Shown in pieces: positions 42,384-52,715 of a DNA stretch of 64,000 nucleotides (position 1 is its first letter; each line of letters begins with the position of its first letter). The notes beneath the pieces are model-generated. The model made no database searches and was not told the origin of the DNA. It worked only from the letters and a program-made list of their open reading frames with translations. Made by a program: the position numbers and the translations under genes. This DNA comes from an uncultured Gemmatimonadales bacterium (GTDB lineage: Bacteria; Gemmatimonadota; Gemmatimonadetes; Gemmatimonadales; Gemmatimonadaceae), in assembly GCA_963793305.1 (NCBI GenBank), contig CAWBZV010000003.1, positions 1-64,000 on the forward strand, written 5' to 3'.

Positions 42384-43448
42384 TCAGTCCCCATTTCCGG
42401 TCGCAACGACTGGAATAGGCTCACGTACGACCCGGACCGCAACCCGGTCGCCCTCATCGGCCGAACGCTCGCCGAGCGCGACCTCGACTTCCAATCCGCC
42501 ATCGAGGCGCACGCGATAGTGATACGAAGATCCGGCGAAGCGCCGGCTGTGTACGACGCCGGGCCATGCATCCGCCCAGCCCGCTGGCACGAATCCGAGC
42601 GCCTCGGGACGAAGTACAGCCGATAACGGTCCTTTGACGCCATCGGGACGTACCACCTTCACTAACCGCTCAACGCCGCCGACAATGATCGCGGCTGTAT
42701 CCTCTCCACGTTCTATGGCCGGAATCAGCGTGGCGCGCCCAACGAACTCGGCCACTGTGCGACATGACGGCGTGTCATACAGCTCCTCCGGCGAGCCGAT
42801 CTGTAGTAACCGGCCTCGACTGAGTAGCGCGACCCGATCGGCAATGGCGAATGCGTCTTCTTGGTCGTGGGTGACAAACAGCGCCGTCACCCGTTGTCGC
42901 CGAAGCATTGCCCGCAACTCATCACGAGTAGACTGACGCAACTGCGGATCCAGATTCGACAGCGGCTCGTCGAGAAGAAGCACGGGCGGCTCGATGACGA
43001 GTGCGCGCGCCAGCGCGACTCGTTGCTGCTCGCCACCGGAGAGTGACTGGATAGGCCGAGGTCCAGCGCCTTCTAGCCCTACAGACGCCAATGCCGCGGT
43101 CGCGCGCGTGCGTCGATCTCGACGTGACACGCCGCGTGCTTCGAGTCCAAACCCGACATTGTCTTCGACGGATAAGTGGGGAAACAGCGCATAGTGCTGA
43201 AACACCATCCCGAAATTGCGACGCTGTGGTGGCAATCGCGTGATATCACGATCGTTCAGCCTGACGACGCCAGAGTCAGCGGGCTCATAGCCGGCGACAA
43301 TGCGCAACGTCGTGGTTTTCCCGGAGCCACTCGCCCCGACGAGCGCGAGCAGCTCGCCGGTGCAGACCTCGAACGACACGTCGTTCACCGCCGTCGTCGT
43401 CGCGAACCGGCGCGTGATATTGCGTACGTCCAGCGCGCAGGCCGTCAC
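42384..43448 (-). CDS. ABC ATP-binding protein, PotA/FbpC family
   Basis: GASGSGKTT, VFQHYALFPH, LSGGEQQR, LLDEP and C-terminal TOBE-like region. Confidence 0.93.
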   Translation of the reverse strand: MTACALDVRNITRRFATTTAVNDVSFEVCTGELLALVGASGSGKTTTLRIVAGYEPADSGVVRLNDRDITRLPPQRRNFGMVFQHYALFPHLSVEDNVGFGLEARGVSRRDRRTRATAALASVGLEGAGPRPIQSLSGGEQQRVALARALVIEPPVLLLDEPLSNLDPQLRQSTRDELRAMLRRQRVTALFVTHDQEDAFAIADRVALLSRGRLLQIGSPEELYDTPSCRTVAEFVGRATLIPAIERGEDTAAIIVGGVERLVKVVRPDGVKGPLSAVLRPEALGFVPAGWADAWPGVVHSRRFAGSSYHYRVRLDGGLEVEVALGERSADEGDRVAVRVVREPIPVVATGNGD

Positions 43449-44455
43449 CCGTGCCGACGGATGTGAGAGTCCCAGTACGTCATCCAGTCGTCGAGACTAT
43501 CCGCGAGCAGCGCCCGATCCACTGGCATGGCTTTGATCTCCCGCCGCGCCACGCGGATCCAGTCGGGCAACGAGTCCTCCGGCATATCCGTCCGCACTGG
43601 AATGCGCTTGTGCTCGCGCGCCGCCACCAGGAGCAGCGGCTCGCTCGACACGAACTCGTAGAACGCCTTCGCGGCGGCGACTTGCTTGGTGCCCTTCACG
43701 ATGGCGATGCCTTCCACGAGAATTGGCGTGCCGCTCGTGGGGATCGTGTATTTGATCGGAAACCGCCCTTCGAGCGTCGCGATATCCGGCATGTCCCAGA
43801 GCGTGATCACTCCTTCCTGCCGACCGAGCTTCTGATATAACAGGGTCGGGTTGAGCGCGTACTCCTTCGTGTTGGCGTCGAGCCTCCTGAGCCACGCCCA
43901 GCCCGCGGCCGTCGACCCGGTGGCCGTCACCGAGCGCGCGAGAATCGCGCCGAAAATCGCCCGCATGCTCCCCGACGCGACGGGGTCGCGAATCAGCACC
44001 TTGCCCTTCCACTTGGGATCGAGCACGTCGTCCCAATCCTTCGGCGCCGCCGAGTCGGAGACCGCCACACTGTTGTAGCCGATCACCTCGGGCGTGAGAT
44101 ATGTCCCGAACCACCGGTCCGCGCTGTCGCGCGCATCCGGCGGCACATACTCGGCCCACGTCGGCGTGTACGGTTCGAGCAGCCCTTCTTTGGCCGCGCG
44201 TGTGAACTCGCTGCCCGGCCCGCCGAACCACACATCGGCCTGCGGATTGACCGACTCTGACCGGAGGCGGTCCAGCACTTCCTGCGCGCCCATGTCGACA
44301 GGCTGGACATCGATATCCGGATGCGCGCGCTCGAATCGCGCCGCGAAATCCGAGAGCAGAGCCTTGCCGTGCGGTGAGTACACGACGAGCGGTATGCGAT
44401 GATCGTGTGAGCAGGCGCACAGGCACACCGCCGCCGCCAGAACGAGCCGCCTCAC
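43445..44455 (-). CDS. ABC solute-binding lipoprotein (AfuA/FbpA-like)
   Basis: Lipobox LCAC, VVYSPH, NPQADVWFGG and PKDWDDVLDPKWKG. Confidence 0.88.
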   Translation of the reverse strand: MRRLVLAAAVCLCACSHDHRIPLVVYSPHGKALLSDFAARFERAHPDIDVQPVDMGAQEVLDRLRSESVNPQADVWFGGPGSEFTRAAKEGLLEPYTPTWAEYVPPDARDSADRWFGTYLTPEVIGYNSVAVSDSAAPKDWDDVLDPKWKGKVLIRDPVASGSMRAIFGAILARSVTATGSTAAGWAWLRRLDANTKEYALNPTLLYQKLGRQEGVITLWDMPDIATLEGRFPIKYTIPTSGTPILVEGIAIVKGTKQVAAAKAFYEFVSSEPLLLVAAREHKRIPVRTDMPEDSLPDWIRVARREIKAMPVDRALLADSLDDWMTYWDSHIRRHG

Positions 44456-46953
44456 TGCACGACCGTCGAATGTCCCGCGGCGAGCAGATTGACGAACAAC
44501 CGCGCCGCGCCCGGGACTCCCGCCGGCAGCTGGCGGAAGAACGCGAGCGTCGCGTACACGTACGTACCTTTGCCGAGTGGCGCCACCAGTATGCCGGCGT
44601 TGTTCGGCTGCTCGCCTGGGTCGTTGATCGAGAGCACGGTCGTGTAGTGATCGTCGAACGTGCGTGGCATGTACGTCGACCGTTCCTGAACCCAGCCAAC
44701 CCAATCGCTCGGCCCGATCTTGTTCGGCGTATTGAGCACCGGTGAACCCGCATCGAGAATCCGCACCGGCGCGTTCTCGTCGGTCACACGATCCGCTGGC
44801 CGGGCCAGCGTGATGGGATACGGCATGACGCCGGGATCCACCATCTCGTTCTGGCCATACTGCACGACCAGCGTCCCACCATTCCGCGCATAGTCGAGCA
44901 AAAACCGGTTCTTCGCCTTCAAGTCCGCGCTCGCCTGATACGCCCGCGTCCCGACGACGATCGCGCCGAACTTGCTGAGATTCACCGATCCGAGCGACGC
45001 TGGATCCAAAACGGTGACTGGAATACCGAGCGTCTGGAGCGTCGGCGCGACATTGTCGCCGACACCGGGGATGTAGGCGACCGTCAATCCGGCCGGCACT
45101 CGTACGTCCACCGCGACGAGGTGGACAGTCGCATCGCGATAGAGCCTCTCGGGCCGAATGTGCTCGTACTCTATCGGGACATAGCCGTTCGTGTACCGCT
45201 TGCCATCGAGCTCCGCGGCCGCACTCAACGTCGCCTCGCCCGCCGGTACCGTGCCTCTCACCGAGAATTCGACCGTTCGCGCGCCATACGCCGGGACCAC
45301 TGTGTGTCGGACCGCCGAGTCGCTGACGAGCCCTTTGGGTAGAGTCAGCGACACCTGCACCATCCGCTCGGTGTCGGACGCCGAACGCAGCAACACGGGA
45401 ATCCGCCGCTCAATGCGGGTGCCTGCCGGCACGTACTCGACGGTCTGGTCCAGTGTCACGGAGATGAGCGGGACCCAGGCGAGCGGCCGGTCGATCTCGC
45501 CGCGACTCGGATCGGCGATCCGCTGGACGGGATTTTTCGAGATGACGTACTCCGTCGGCGCCCCCATCCCGTCCACCGCGAGCGCGACCTGCATCCACGT
45601 GTCGTCGCCGATATCCGTCGTGGCGCGCTGATCCTCGGCGACCGTCGACACCGGAACGCCGAACAGGTCGCCGACGCGCGGCCGAGCCAGCCACCATGGC
45701 TGCGTCACGCGGTTGGTCGTCGTCGTCCAAGAGCGATTGATGGACGAATCCGGAGCGATCGTGGCGGGCTTGGGGTCGTCCTTGCCCTGCGCCATCTCCT
45801 TGAACTCGAGCGGCGTGCGGCCTCGATCGTACACGGTCACGCTGACGTGCGCCGTTGTTCCCGTCGCCACCACGTCGTGTGGAATCGTCAACTCCACCGT
45901 GGAGCCCGTCGCGAGTGCCAGCGCATGCTCCGCGCGGCCGAGGGCGATCGCGATGGTGCGCGCGCCATCCGGGTCTCTAACGCTTGCCTTTCTCAGTGAG
46001 GATACAAGAGAAGCGAGCGATGGCACGATCGGCGTCGGGTCGTACGCATTCCACCGCCGCCGAATGGAATCGATCACCGCGCGATAGGGATTGAGGCGGG
46101 AGGTATCGAGCCCCTCGAACATCGTCTTCTCGGCGCCCGAATTGACACGGCTCGCCTCACGATACACTGACGCGGTAAACGGCCCCTTGCGAATGAGCTG
46201 CCCGAATCCCTGCGACCGGTGCTGACTGCGACTCAGCGATGCGATCTCGGAGTAGGACTGGCCGAGTAGCGGACTATACTCGCCGACCTGAATCGTGAGC
46301 GCCTCTGCCCCACCGCCAAAATACGACCGGTCTCGATAAAACTTGGGCACGGTCCAAGCCGGCCCGTACTTCGCCTCGGGAAAGCGCGCCGTGTCTCCGG
46401 ATACGTCGTATGCTTCGCGTGCCAGGAGCGCCGAGACCTGATGTTGTCCGTGCCCGTCTTGTGGAGTCCCGGTAAAGACCGCGACAATGATATGGGGACG
46501 GAACGCCCGGATGATCGTAACCACATCGCCGAGCAGAGAGTCGTGCGGCCAGTGCGTATATGTCTCGGCCGCGGTTTTCGAGAACCCGAAGTCATACGCC
46601 CGCGTGAAGTACTGGTGCGCCCCGTCGATGCGGCGAGCGGCAAGCAGTTCTTCCGTGCGGATGACGCCGAGCGCTTCGCCAAGCTCGTTGCCGATGAGAT
46701 TCTGCCCACCGTCGCCACGAGTCAACGAGAGATAGGCGGTCTCGACGTGCTGCCCGCGCGCGAGCCACGCGATGAGCCGCGTGTCCTCGTCATCAGGGTG
46801 CGCGGCGATCATGAGGACGCGCGGTGTGACGCCCAGTCCCTCGACCGCCTCGCCCAACGCGATCGCGCCGCGCTCCTGAGCGGTGACGCGGCGCGGCGCG
46901 GCTGACGAGCACGCAGTAAGCCCTACAACAAGAACGGCGTACCGCAGGGTCAC
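44452..46953 (-). CDS. PIG-L/LmbE family deacetylase, large exported multidomain protein
   Basis: Lipobox LTAC, AAHPDDED, LTRGDGGQN, RTEEL, HGQHQ; C-terminal FFRQLPAGVPGAARLFVNL. Confidence 0.9.
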   Translation of the reverse strand: MTLRYAVLVVGLTACSSAAPRRVTAQERGAIALGEAVEGLGVTPRVLMIAAHPDDEDTRLIAWLARGQHVETAYLSLTRGDGGQNLIGNELGEALGVIRTEELLAARRIDGAHQYFTRAYDFGFSKTAAETYTHWPHDSLLGDVVTIIRAFRPHIIVAVFTGTPQDGHGQHQVSALLAREAYDVSGDTARFPEAKYGPAWTVPKFYRDRSYFGGGAEALTIQVGEYSPLLGQSYSEIASLSRSQHRSQGFGQLIRKGPFTASVYREASRVNSGAEKTMFEGLDTSRLNPYRAVIDSIRRRWNAYDPTPIVPSLASLVSSLRKASVRDPDGARTIAIALGRAEHALALATGSTVELTIPHDVVATGTTAHVSVTVYDRGRTPLEFKEMAQGKDDPKPATIAPDSSINRSWTTTTNRVTQPWWLARPRVGDLFGVPVSTVAEDQRATTDIGDDTWMQVALAVDGMGAPTEYVISKNPVQRIADPSRGEIDRPLAWVPLISVTLDQTVEYVPAGTRIERRIPVLLRSASDTERMVQVSLTLPKGLVSDSAVRHTVVPAYGARTVEFSVRGTVPAGEATLSAAAELDGKRYTNGYVPIEYEHIRPERLYRDATVHLVAVDVRVPAGLTVAYIPGVGDNVAPTLQTLGIPVTVLDPASLGSVNLSKFGAIVVGTRAYQASADLKAKNRFLLDYARNGGTLVVQYGQNEMVDPGVMPYPITLARPADRVTDENAPVRILDAGSPVLNTPNKIGPSDWVGWVQERSTYMPRTFDDHYTTVLSINDPGEQPNNAGILVAPLGKGTYVYATLAFFRQLPAGVPGAARLFVNLLAAGHSTVVQ

Positions 46954-49679
46954 ACGCCGCCCGCGATGGAAGGCCGATCGGACGCGATTGGCGCCGCGAG
47001 CGCCTCGGCGACGATGCGCGCCTGCTCCTTCTGGTGCGACGCCATATAGCCTTCGGCCGGACTCGCCCGGTCGGGGCGCCCAATGTACCGGATGCCACTG
47101 AGGCGCTGCATGACGAACGACCATGCGCCCATGTTCTTCGGCTCTTCCTGTACCCATACGATATCGTCCGCTTCGGCGTAGCGTTCGAGGACGTGGGCCA
47201 CCTCGTCCTGTGCCCACGGATACAATCCCTCTACCCGAACTATGGCTACGTGCGACGGCCGAGGTTCGCTGGTCAGATCGTAGTAGATCTTGCCGGTGCA
47301 GAACACGACCCGCCGCACCGCCCACCGTTTCTCTGGATCGGCCATCGTCGGATCATCGATCACGGCGTGAAACTGCCCGGTCGCGAGATCGTCGACGCTC
47401 GACATCGCGCGATCGAGCCGCAAGAGACTCTTGGGCTGCATGAGCACGAGCGGGCGGCGCACGGCCGTCATGGCTTGTGAGCGCAACAAATGAAAGTACT
47501 GCGCCGGCGTCGAAGGATACGCGATCTGCATGTTCCCCTCAGCCGCCAACTGAAGGAACCGCTCCAATCGTGCGCTCGAGTGCTCCGGGCCGCCGCCCTC
47601 ATAACCATGCGGCAGCAGGAGCACCACTCGCGAACCCTCGCCCCACTTGGCGCGGTCGGCCGCCAGGAATTGGTCAATAATTGGTTGGGCGACGTTGACG
47701 AAATCGCCGTACTGCGCTTCCCACAACACGAGCGAGTCCGGTGCGGCGGCCGCGTACCCGTACTCGAATCCGAGGACCGCGGTCTCCGATAGCGGACTAT
47801 TGTGCACCTCGAACACGCCCGTCCCCGGAAGATTCTGCAGCGGGGTGTATACCGTCCCCGTCTTCACATCATGCAGCACCGCATGCCGGTGCGAGAACGT
47901 TCCGCGCGCCGCGTCCTGCCCGGTGAGCCGTACCGACGTCCCATCGGTTATCAGCGAGGCGAGCGCCAACGACTCGGCCTCGCCCCAGTCGATCGCGTTC
48001 GCGCCAGAAAGGGCATCGCGACGCCGACCGACCGCGCGCGCCACGCGCGGGTGCGCGGTAAATCCTTCGGGCCACGCGAGCAGCCGATCGTTCAACGCAA
48101 CCAGGCGTTCGCGCGGAACCGCTGTCTCGGCGCTCGCCGGTCGCGTCAGCCCCGGGTACACCGGCTCGATCCCCTCGGCGGCTGGCGCCGTACCCGACGT
48201 CACCTGCGCGTGTACCGCCGTGAGCTTGTCGAGGATCTCCTTGTCGACCGCCTGCACGTCCGCGGCCGTGACGACGTTCTCGTTCACGAGCCGTTGACCC
48301 CAGATCTGACGCGCCGTGGGGTGCGCCTTGATCTTGTCGTACATCGTCGGCTGCGTGAAGCTGGGCTCGTCGCCCTCGTTGTGGCCGTTCCGGCGATAGC
48401 CCACGAGATCGATCAAGAAATCTTTGCCGAACGTCGAGCGATAGGCGATCGCGATGCGAACGGCGATGACACACGCCTCGGCGTTATCCGCATTGACGTG
48501 CACGATCGGCACGTCGAATCCCTTCGCGAGATCACTCGCGTAATACGTCGACCGGCCGTCAACGGGATCGGTCGTGAAACCGATCTGATTGTTGACGATG
48601 ATGTGCAGTGTCCCGCCGACACGGAATCCCGGGAGCCGAGACAGGTTGAACGTCTCGGTCACCACACCCTCCCCAGGGAACGCCGCGTCGCCGTGTATGC
48701 ACACGGGGACGACGCTCGCCTCGTTTCGGGTTTTGCCTTCCCGCTCCAACGCCCTCGCGACACCCTCCAAGACCGGGTTGACGAACTCCAGATGGCTGGG
48801 GTTGGGCAGCAACGTGATGTCGACGCCGCCACGCGAAGCGTGCGCGCCGAGGTGGTACTTCACGTCGCCGGTTCCGGTGTCGTCATCGTGCTTCCCTTCG
48901 AACTCGGCGATGATAGACGCGTACGGCTTACCGAGGATGTGAGCCAGCACGTTGATGCGCCCTCGGTGGGCCATCGCGATAACGACCCGGTGTGCGCCCG
49001 CGGTACCACCTCGTGCAATCGTCTCGTCGAGCATCGGCACGAGCGCGTCGGTGCCCTCGATGCCAAAACGCTTCACGTTCGGATAGGCGCGGGCGATGAA
49101 TCGCTCCAGACCGTCGACTTCGGTCAATCGGCGCAGGAGCGCCCGCTTCTCGTCGGGAGTCAGCGGCTTGGTCAGCTCCTCAGCCGTGAGCATCTGCCGA
49201 AACCACTTCCGCTCATCCTCGGCCGCGAGATGCGTGACCTCGAAGGCGAGTGTCGTGGTATACCGGAGGCGCAAGCGCTTGAGCACGTCGGCCGCGGTCG
49301 CCATGTGCGGAAAACCAACGGCGCTGCCCGGGACCGACTCGAGATCGGCCTCGGAGATACCGTGAAATTCGGGAGAGAGCTCAGGGGCGCCGAGTGGGGG
49401 CGTGCCGAGCGGGTCGAGCTGGACCGCGAAATGCCCGTACGTCCGAATGGCCTGCATGAGCGCCGCGGCGCCGGCGGCCTTTTTCAGTAACGCCGGGTCG
49501 GGCGCACGGCGTTCTACGCCGTCGGGCGCGCCGCGGGTCGTAGAGCCCGCAAAGCGCTCAGCGGCGCGGAAGAACTGCTGCCAGGATTCCGAGACGGACG
49601 CCGGATCACGCTGATAGGCGTCATACAACTCGGCGATGTATCCGTCGTTAAAGACGTTAGTCGCTGGGTCAGTCGGCAT
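46950..49679 (-). CDS. sucA: 2-oxoglutarate dehydrogenase E1
   Basis: MAHRGR, GDVKYHLG, NPSHLE, HGDAAF, GHNEGD, WEAQYGDF and GPEHSSARLERFLQL. Confidence 0.96.
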   Translation of the reverse strand: MPTDPATNVFNDGYIAELYDAYQRDPASVSESWQQFFRAAERFAGSTTRGAPDGVERRAPDPALLKKAAGAAALMQAIRTYGHFAVQLDPLGTPPLGAPELSPEFHGISEADLESVPGSAVGFPHMATAADVLKRLRLRYTTTLAFEVTHLAAEDERKWFRQMLTAEELTKPLTPDEKRALLRRLTEVDGLERFIARAYPNVKRFGIEGTDALVPMLDETIARGGTAGAHRVVIAMAHRGRINVLAHILGKPYASIIAEFEGKHDDDTGTGDVKYHLGAHASRGGVDITLLPNPSHLEFVNPVLEGVARALEREGKTRNEASVVPVCIHGDAAFPGEGVVTETFNLSRLPGFRVGGTLHIIVNNQIGFTTDPVDGRSTYYASDLAKGFDVPIVHVNADNAEACVIAVRIAIAYRSTFGKDFLIDLVGYRRNGHNEGDEPSFTQPTMYDKIKAHPTARQIWGQRLVNENVVTAADVQAVDKEILDKLTAVHAQVTSGTAPAAEGIEPVYPGLTRPASAETAVPRERLVALNDRLLAWPEGFTAHPRVARAVGRRRDALSGANAIDWGEAESLALASLITDGTSVRLTGQDAARGTFSHRHAVLHDVKTGTVYTPLQNLPGTGVFEVHNSPLSETAVLGFEYGYAAAAPDSLVLWEAQYGDFVNVAQPIIDQFLAADRAKWGEGSRVVLLLPHGYEGGGPEHSSARLERFLQLAAEGNMQIAYPSTPAQYFHLLRSQAMTAVRRPLVLMQPKSLLRLDRAMSSVDDLATGQFHAVIDDPTMADPEKRWAVRRVVFCTGKIYYDLTSEPRPSHVAIVRVEGLYPWAQDEVAHVLERYAEADDIVWVQEEPKNMGAWSFVMQRLSGIRYIGRPDRASPAEGYMASHQKEQARIVAEALAAPIASDRPSIAGGV

Positions 49680-49690
49680 GTGCCGGTAAT

Positions 49691-50041
49691 CTAACCGATC
49701 GTCTGTAGCGCTAGCTCGCGTGTCGTGAGGGGGAGATACAAGAATCGTATCGCGCCACGGACCGCCAACGGCGGCATCTCGTCGAAGCGGCGATTCATGC
49801 TGAAGACGACGAGCCGGTCGATCACGAGAAGCGGCGATGCATGCCACTCTTCCTCGGTGAGCGGCTCGAGGAGATCGTAGTCGCAGAGGATCGCGTCGAA
49901 CGTTCCGCCGGCGGCGGTCGCTTCAGTCAAGCCTACGGCTATGCACGACTCGAGACCGAATCCGTCGAACAGCCTTGCGACGTGTTCGCTCAAGTATCGA
50001 TGCCGTCCAATGCACAGGACGCGGGGAGCCACAAACGCCAA
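49691..50041 (-). CDS. Hypothetical protein, degenerate receiver-like domain
   Basis: RVLCIG...FDAILCDYDL...LVVFS...FLYLPLT pattern follows a CheY-like fold. Confidence 0.5.
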   Translation of the reverse strand: MAFVAPRVLCIGRHRYLSEHVARLFDGFGLESCIAVGLTEATAAGGTFDAILCDYDLLEPLTEEEWHASPLLVIDRLVVFSMNRRFDEMPPLAVRGAIRFLYLPLTTRELALQTIG

Positions 50042-50042
50042 T

Positions 50043-51167
50043 TTATAGCTCAGTCAGCTTCCCGGGGACAGATCCCGTAAGAATGGCGACCGGTATCCCG
50101 CCGTTCACCGTACGAAGCGCCGGTGTGAGCGGCAGTTGCGTCGCCCGGGCCAGCGAGCTCGCCTCCGGCGCCAGGATCGCTACGCGCCACCCGGGCAAGC
50201 TTTTCCTCGCCACCTGTCCCAGGCGGGCATACAGGTCCCGGAGTTTCGTCTGGTCGCCCACTCTGACGCCCCAGGGGGGATTCGTCACCAGCCACCCCGC
50301 GCCACCGGGCGCCTCCAAATCGGAGATACTCTGGGTTTTTATCTCGATATCAGCGCCCACTCCCGCCCGCTCCGCATTCGCCCGTGTCGCCTCGATCCCA
50401 CCAGCGTCCCGGTCGGCGGCGATTATGCGAACAAGGCTAGCTGTCGATGGCCTCTCGCCAGCTTGAGCTGCGTCGCACACAGTTGTCCAACATTTGCTGT
50501 CGTATTCTGGCCACTGCATAAACGCGAACGACCGCGAGATGCCCGGCGCACGATGCCGTGCAATCAGCGCAGCCTCGATCGCAATCGTCCCGGATCCGCA
50601 GAATGGATCGACGAGGGCTGCGTCCCCAGTCCAACCCGAGAGCATTGCCGCGGCGAGCGTCTCTCGCATTGGCGCTTTCGCCGTCGCGAGCCTGTAACCG
50701 CGACGGTGTAACAACGCCCCGGAGCTATCGATACTCACGGTGCACTCGTCGTGAGACAATCGCACAATGACGAGCGCGCCACTTTCCGACGCGCTGACCA
50801 CCGACCCCGTGCGTCGCTCGATGGCACGACGGATGCGCTCGGCAACGGCATCCGAGTGATACAATCGCGACTTGCGGCAACTCACCCGAATGTCGACGGC
50901 CGACCCGGGCGCGATGAATCGTTCGAATGACACTCGCTTCGCGTGCCGCTCCAGCTCGTAGAACGTGTCCGCGTGAAAGCTCGCCAGCCGCACAATGATG
51001 CGGCTAGCGACCCTGAGCCAGAGATTCGCGGCGTAGAGCTGGTCAGATGTGGCGTGGAATGTCACGCCGCCAGGCACAGCGGTCCCTCGCAGCCCAAGCG
51101 CGTCGAGCTCGCGCGCGACGAGCGGCTCGAGTCCAGGGGCCGAGATGGCGAAGCAGTCGTACGTCAT
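50043..51167 (-). CDS. THUMP-domain RNA methyltransferase (RlmL-like)
   Basis: DSSGALLHRRGYR, APMRETLAAA, DPFCGSGTI and TNPPWG. Confidence 0.9.
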   Translation of the reverse strand: MTYDCFAISAPGLEPLVARELDALGLRGTAVPGGVTFHATSDQLYAANLWLRVASRIIVRLASFHADTFYELERHAKRVSFERFIAPGSAVDIRVSCRKSRLYHSDAVAERIRRAIERRTGSVVSASESGALVIVRLSHDECTVSIDSSGALLHRRGYRLATAKAPMRETLAAAMLSGWTGDAALVDPFCGSGTIAIEAALIARHRAPGISRSFAFMQWPEYDSKCWTTVCDAAQAGERPSTASLVRIIAADRDAGGIEATRANAERAGVGADIEIKTQSISDLEAPGGAGWLVTNPPWGVRVGDQTKLRDLYARLGQVARKSLPGWRVAILAPEASSLARATQLPLTPALRTVNGGIPVAILTGSVPGKLTEL

Positions 51168-51226
51168 AACAGTTGAGCTTAACCCACGGGCAGCCACTTG
51201 GCGCAGATTCTGCGAATGCACCCGGC

Positions 51227-52699
51227 ATGTCGCCCACATCGCTCTCGTTAGGGAGAGCCCGAACCGTTTTGTCCGAGCGGTTCGGGCATGCTGATTTCCA
51301 GCCCGGCCAGTGGCCGTCGATCCAGGCGGTCTTGGCCGGCCGGGATGCGATCATCGTCATGCCCACGGGCAGTGGGAAATCCCTCGTCTACCAGCTGCCG
51401 TCGCTGGTCCTCCCCGGACTCACCGTCGTTATCACGCCGCTCATCGCCCTCATGAAAGATCAGCACGACAAGCTGATCGCCCAGGGCGTCGACTCGGTCG
51501 CGATGCATTCGCATCTCACCGGTCGCCAGACCCGCGAGGCGCACCGGCAAGTCTCGGACGGCGAGGGGCAGATCCTGTACATGACGCCGGAACGATTCAA
51601 GGACCGCGATTTCTTTGACCGCCTGTTATCCCGGCGTGTGAGCCTCTTCGTCGTCGACGAGGCCCACTGCGTGAGCCAGTGGGGCCATGACTTTCGCCCG
51701 GATTATTTAATGCTCGGCTCCGTCGCCGAACGACTCGGCCGGCCGCCGATCATGGCGCTCACGGCGACCGCGACGTCGGCGGTCCGCCTCGACATTGGCC
51801 GGCAACTCGGCCTCAGCGATCCATACGTGGTCGTCACCGGCTTCGCGCGCCCGAATCTCCGGTTCGAGGTCCGCCGGACGGTCAACGACGCCGAGAAAGA
51901 CGTGGCACTGCTCGACATCCTGTCGCGGGCCGACGGATCGGGCGTTGTCTATGTGGCGACCGTGAAGGAAGCCGAGCGGTTGCACGCGATGCTGCGCGAA
52001 CGGTTCACCGTCGGGCTGTATCACGGCAAGATGGCCGCGACCGATCGCACGCAGGCGCAGGATCGGTTCATGGCGGGCGAGCTCGATGCCATGATCGCCA
52101 CGAACGCGTTCGGGCTCGGCATCGATAAGCAGGACATCCGGTTCATTGTTCACTATCACTTCCCCGGGTCGATCGAGTCGTACTATCAGGAAGCCGGCCG
52201 AGCCGGGCGCGATGGGCAGCCCGCGACGTGTACCGTGCTGTATCGCGTCGAGGATCGGCGGATTCAGTCGTACTTTCTCGGCGGCAAGTATCCCGAGATC
52301 GAGGAAGCCGCGAAAGTCGCGATCGTCCTCGAGCACCATCCGATGCGCACGCCGGTGTCGCTCGATGACCTGGCCAATGCGGCCGGCGTTCCGCGGCGCA
52401 AAGCCCGCATCGTCTTCACGCTTCTGAAACGCCACGGTTTGGTTCGCGAGCATCGCGGTGGTAGCTGGGAGCGACTCGCCGGGCACCTCACGCAGGTCGA
52501 CTTGAGCCACGATCTCATCGACTACGAGGAGCGGCGCGCCAAGGACCAGGCCAAGCTCCGCTCGATCATTCGCTTCTGCCAGACCGCCCAGTGTCGCACA
52601 CGCGTCATCCTCGAGTATTTCGGCGAGCCCGTCGCGGTCGACTGGCGATGCAATAACTGCGACGCCTGCGATAGCACGGCGGCATGGGAAGCCGCGTAA
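51227..52699 (+). CDS. recQ: RecQ family DNA helicase
   Basis: MPTGSGKS, VDEAHCVSQWGHDFRPDY, TATA, YYQEAGRAGRDG and CxxCDxC Zn site; no HRDC domain evident. Confidence 0.92.
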   Translation: MSPTSLSLGRARTVLSERFGHADFQPGQWPSIQAVLAGRDAIIVMPTGSGKSLVYQLPSLVLPGLTVVITPLIALMKDQHDKLIAQGVDSVAMHSHLTGRQTREAHRQVSDGEGQILYMTPERFKDRDFFDRLLSRRVSLFVVDEAHCVSQWGHDFRPDYLMLGSVAERLGRPPIMALTATATSAVRLDIGRQLGLSDPYVVVTGFARPNLRFEVRRTVNDAEKDVALLDILSRADGSGVVYVATVKEAERLHAMLRERFTVGLYHGKMAATDRTQAQDRFMAGELDAMIATNAFGLGIDKQDIRFIVHYHFPGSIESYYQEAGRAGRDGQPATCTVLYRVEDRRIQSYFLGGKYPEIEEAAKVAIVLEHHPMRTPVSLDDLANAAGVPRRKARIVFTLLKRHGLVREHRGGSWERLAGHLTQVDLSHDLIDYEERRAKDQAKLRSIIRFCQTAQCRTRVILEYFGEPVAVDWRCNNCDACDSTAAWEAA

Positions 52700-52715
52700 G
52701 CATAGTTTTCGCCCG

